This document shows, in pieces, positions 62,304-64,000 of a stretch of 64,000 nucleotides of DNA. Source of the stretch: Somniosus microcephalus (lineage: Eukaryota); contig CM126215.1 of assembly GCA_052327205.1 (NCBI GenBank), positions 107,694,001 to 107,758,000 on the forward strand, written 5' to 3'. The stretch's first letter is position 1, and every line of letters begins with the position of its first letter. The position numbers and the translations under genes are program-made. Below the pieces are notes generated by a model that had not been told where the DNA came from, did no database searches, and saw only the letters and a list, made by a program, of their open reading frames with translations.

Positions 62304-62959
62304 CTACTTTATTCACATTGTGAGCTGTCACTTATGGGATTTGGGGAGCATGGATTATGTTGACAAAGAAAAGAAAAAGCAGGAGCTTTTTTGGCCTTTG
62401 TGAGCAAATCAAATATTTTTACTTACAAATTCTCAAAGTAATATATGCAGTAAATGTTTGTGGCTGTCAGAGTCAAACTGAAGGCACCGCAGCCAATGAA
62501 TCTTTACCCAACCGCTTTTTAAATAGGCTCGAAAACTGATTTTACATTGTTAGTGGTATTAGGAAGCAACATGTTAATGCTTTTTTGTGAAATTCCCCTG
62601 CTTGCTTTTAATGATCATATTAATCCTTTTAATGGAATGTTCCCTTTAACCAGTCACTCTGGACTGGGTTTAAACCCAGGTCCCAGCAATGAGAGGTCAC
62701 AGTCTAAATCCACTGCACCACCCAGCTCCTCACTGTCCACTCTTTGGATTATGCAACTAAATATACTTGGATCTGGAAGTTCTATATAACAGAACTGAAT
62801 GGGATTTTATTTCTATATTGAAACTCTAGATAATGCAACTGAATTGGGGAATGACTTGGTCATTTAGAATGTAGATATTGGCAGTGAAGGAGGAGTGATC
62901 TGGTACAATGGGATTCTAGATAAGAGGAGTGAATGGAGAATGATTTGATGATGGGACTT

Positions 62960-63415
62960 CAAGGGTTAAGCTACGAGGAGCGATTAGACAGATTAGGGTT
63001 GTATTTCCTAGAATTTAGAAGGTTAAGGGGTGATCTGATCTGATTGAAGTTTTCAGGATATTAAAGGAACAGATAGGGTAGATAGAGAGAAACTATTTCC
63101 GCTGGTTGGGGAGCCCAGGACTAGGGGGCATAGTCTAAAAATTAGAGCCAGACCTTTCAGGAGTGAAGTTAGGAAACACTTCTACACACAAAGGGTGGTA
63201 GAAGTTTGTAACTCTCTTCCGCAAATGGCAATTGGTGCTAGATCAATTGTTAATTTAAAATCTGCAATTGATAGCTATTTGTTAACCAAAGGTATTAAGG
63301 GATATGGGGCAAAGGCGGGTATATGGAGTTAGATCGCAGATCAGCCATGATCTCACTGAATGGCAGAACAGGCTCAAGGGACTGAATGGCCTCCTCCTGT
63401 TTCTATATTCCTATA
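62960..63415 (+). mobile_element. CR1 3' fragment
   Basis: YEERLDRLGLY.LEFRRLRGD...FYTQRVVEV.NSLP and the CR1 3' module. Confidence 0.85.
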
Positions 63416-64000
63416 ATTTGCAATCTGGGTAAGGGGGTCTCTGATGCTGAAAGGCTACAATACTTTGGGTGCCACAGGCAGCATCATCTACCTCTAGGTA
63501 AAGGGCCAAGATCCATAGTGTAAGACACCAGCAAGGTTCAAAAGAGTAGAAGGGAAGATGAGGTAAATCAGGGCGCAGTGATCGGGCGATACCATGCTTG
63601 AGTTTTAAAGTCTATAGATTACAGGAGGAAGTCGAGACTGAACGAGGTAAAGACTTCGACAGTTTTGAGATCCTGGGAAAGGACGTTAGAGTGGGAGATA
63701 GTGTAACAAGTCTTGATTTCAACAATGAGAAGATGTAGGCAGAACGAAAAGCATGTCGGGTTGGATATTTGTAGCTCAAGAGAAGCAAGAGAGGAAGGTT
63801 CAGAGGGGAGGACTGACCATAGAAGTATTGATAAAAATAGAAAGAGACAAAAACAGTTAAGACAGAGAGAGGTTAGAGGCTAGAGGTGAGAGAAGGACTA
63901 TGTATCAGATGACAAGCCTTTTCTTGTATCCTGTCCAGAAATACAAGGAAGGCATTGAACGAGCCTCATATGCTGTCTGTAATAAACATTTTAAAGCAGT

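Noticed and set aside
63430-63900. Purine-rich stretch, possibly a decayed minus-strand L2 RT
   Set aside because: Too degraded to assign motifs confidently by eye.

Overview
Repeat-dense vertebrate genomic DNA, most consistent with a cartilaginous fish (shark-type CR1 LINEs, Deu-domain tRNA SINEs, Penelope-derived palindromes). It looks intergenic or intronic: no host protein-coding exon could be supported. About two-thirds is transposable-element derived. There are seven large CR1 LINE copies, one full-length with 5' tandem repeats, an esterase ORF1 and an EN-RT ORF2. There are two ~5 kb PIF/Harbinger transposons, each with a spliced Myb/SANT gene facing a DDE transposase, plus several degraded Harbingers and about eight Harbinger MITEs. 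Also present are two solo LTRs, a non-autonomous Helitron, Tigger-like and hAT-like MITEs, RTE and L2 fragments, and Penelope-type palindromes with hammerhead-like cores. Most notable signals: (i) an in-phase X_XXY_YYZ slippery heptamer (T TTA AAC / T TTA AAT) joining CR1 ORF1 to ORF2 by a -1 shift in all three copies that keep the junction; (ii) an intact three-exon Harbinger Myb gene beside a dead transposase; (iii) three unrelated TEs inserted in the same ~50 bp of the CR1 RT region; (iv) multi-level nesting whose order can be read from TSDs.
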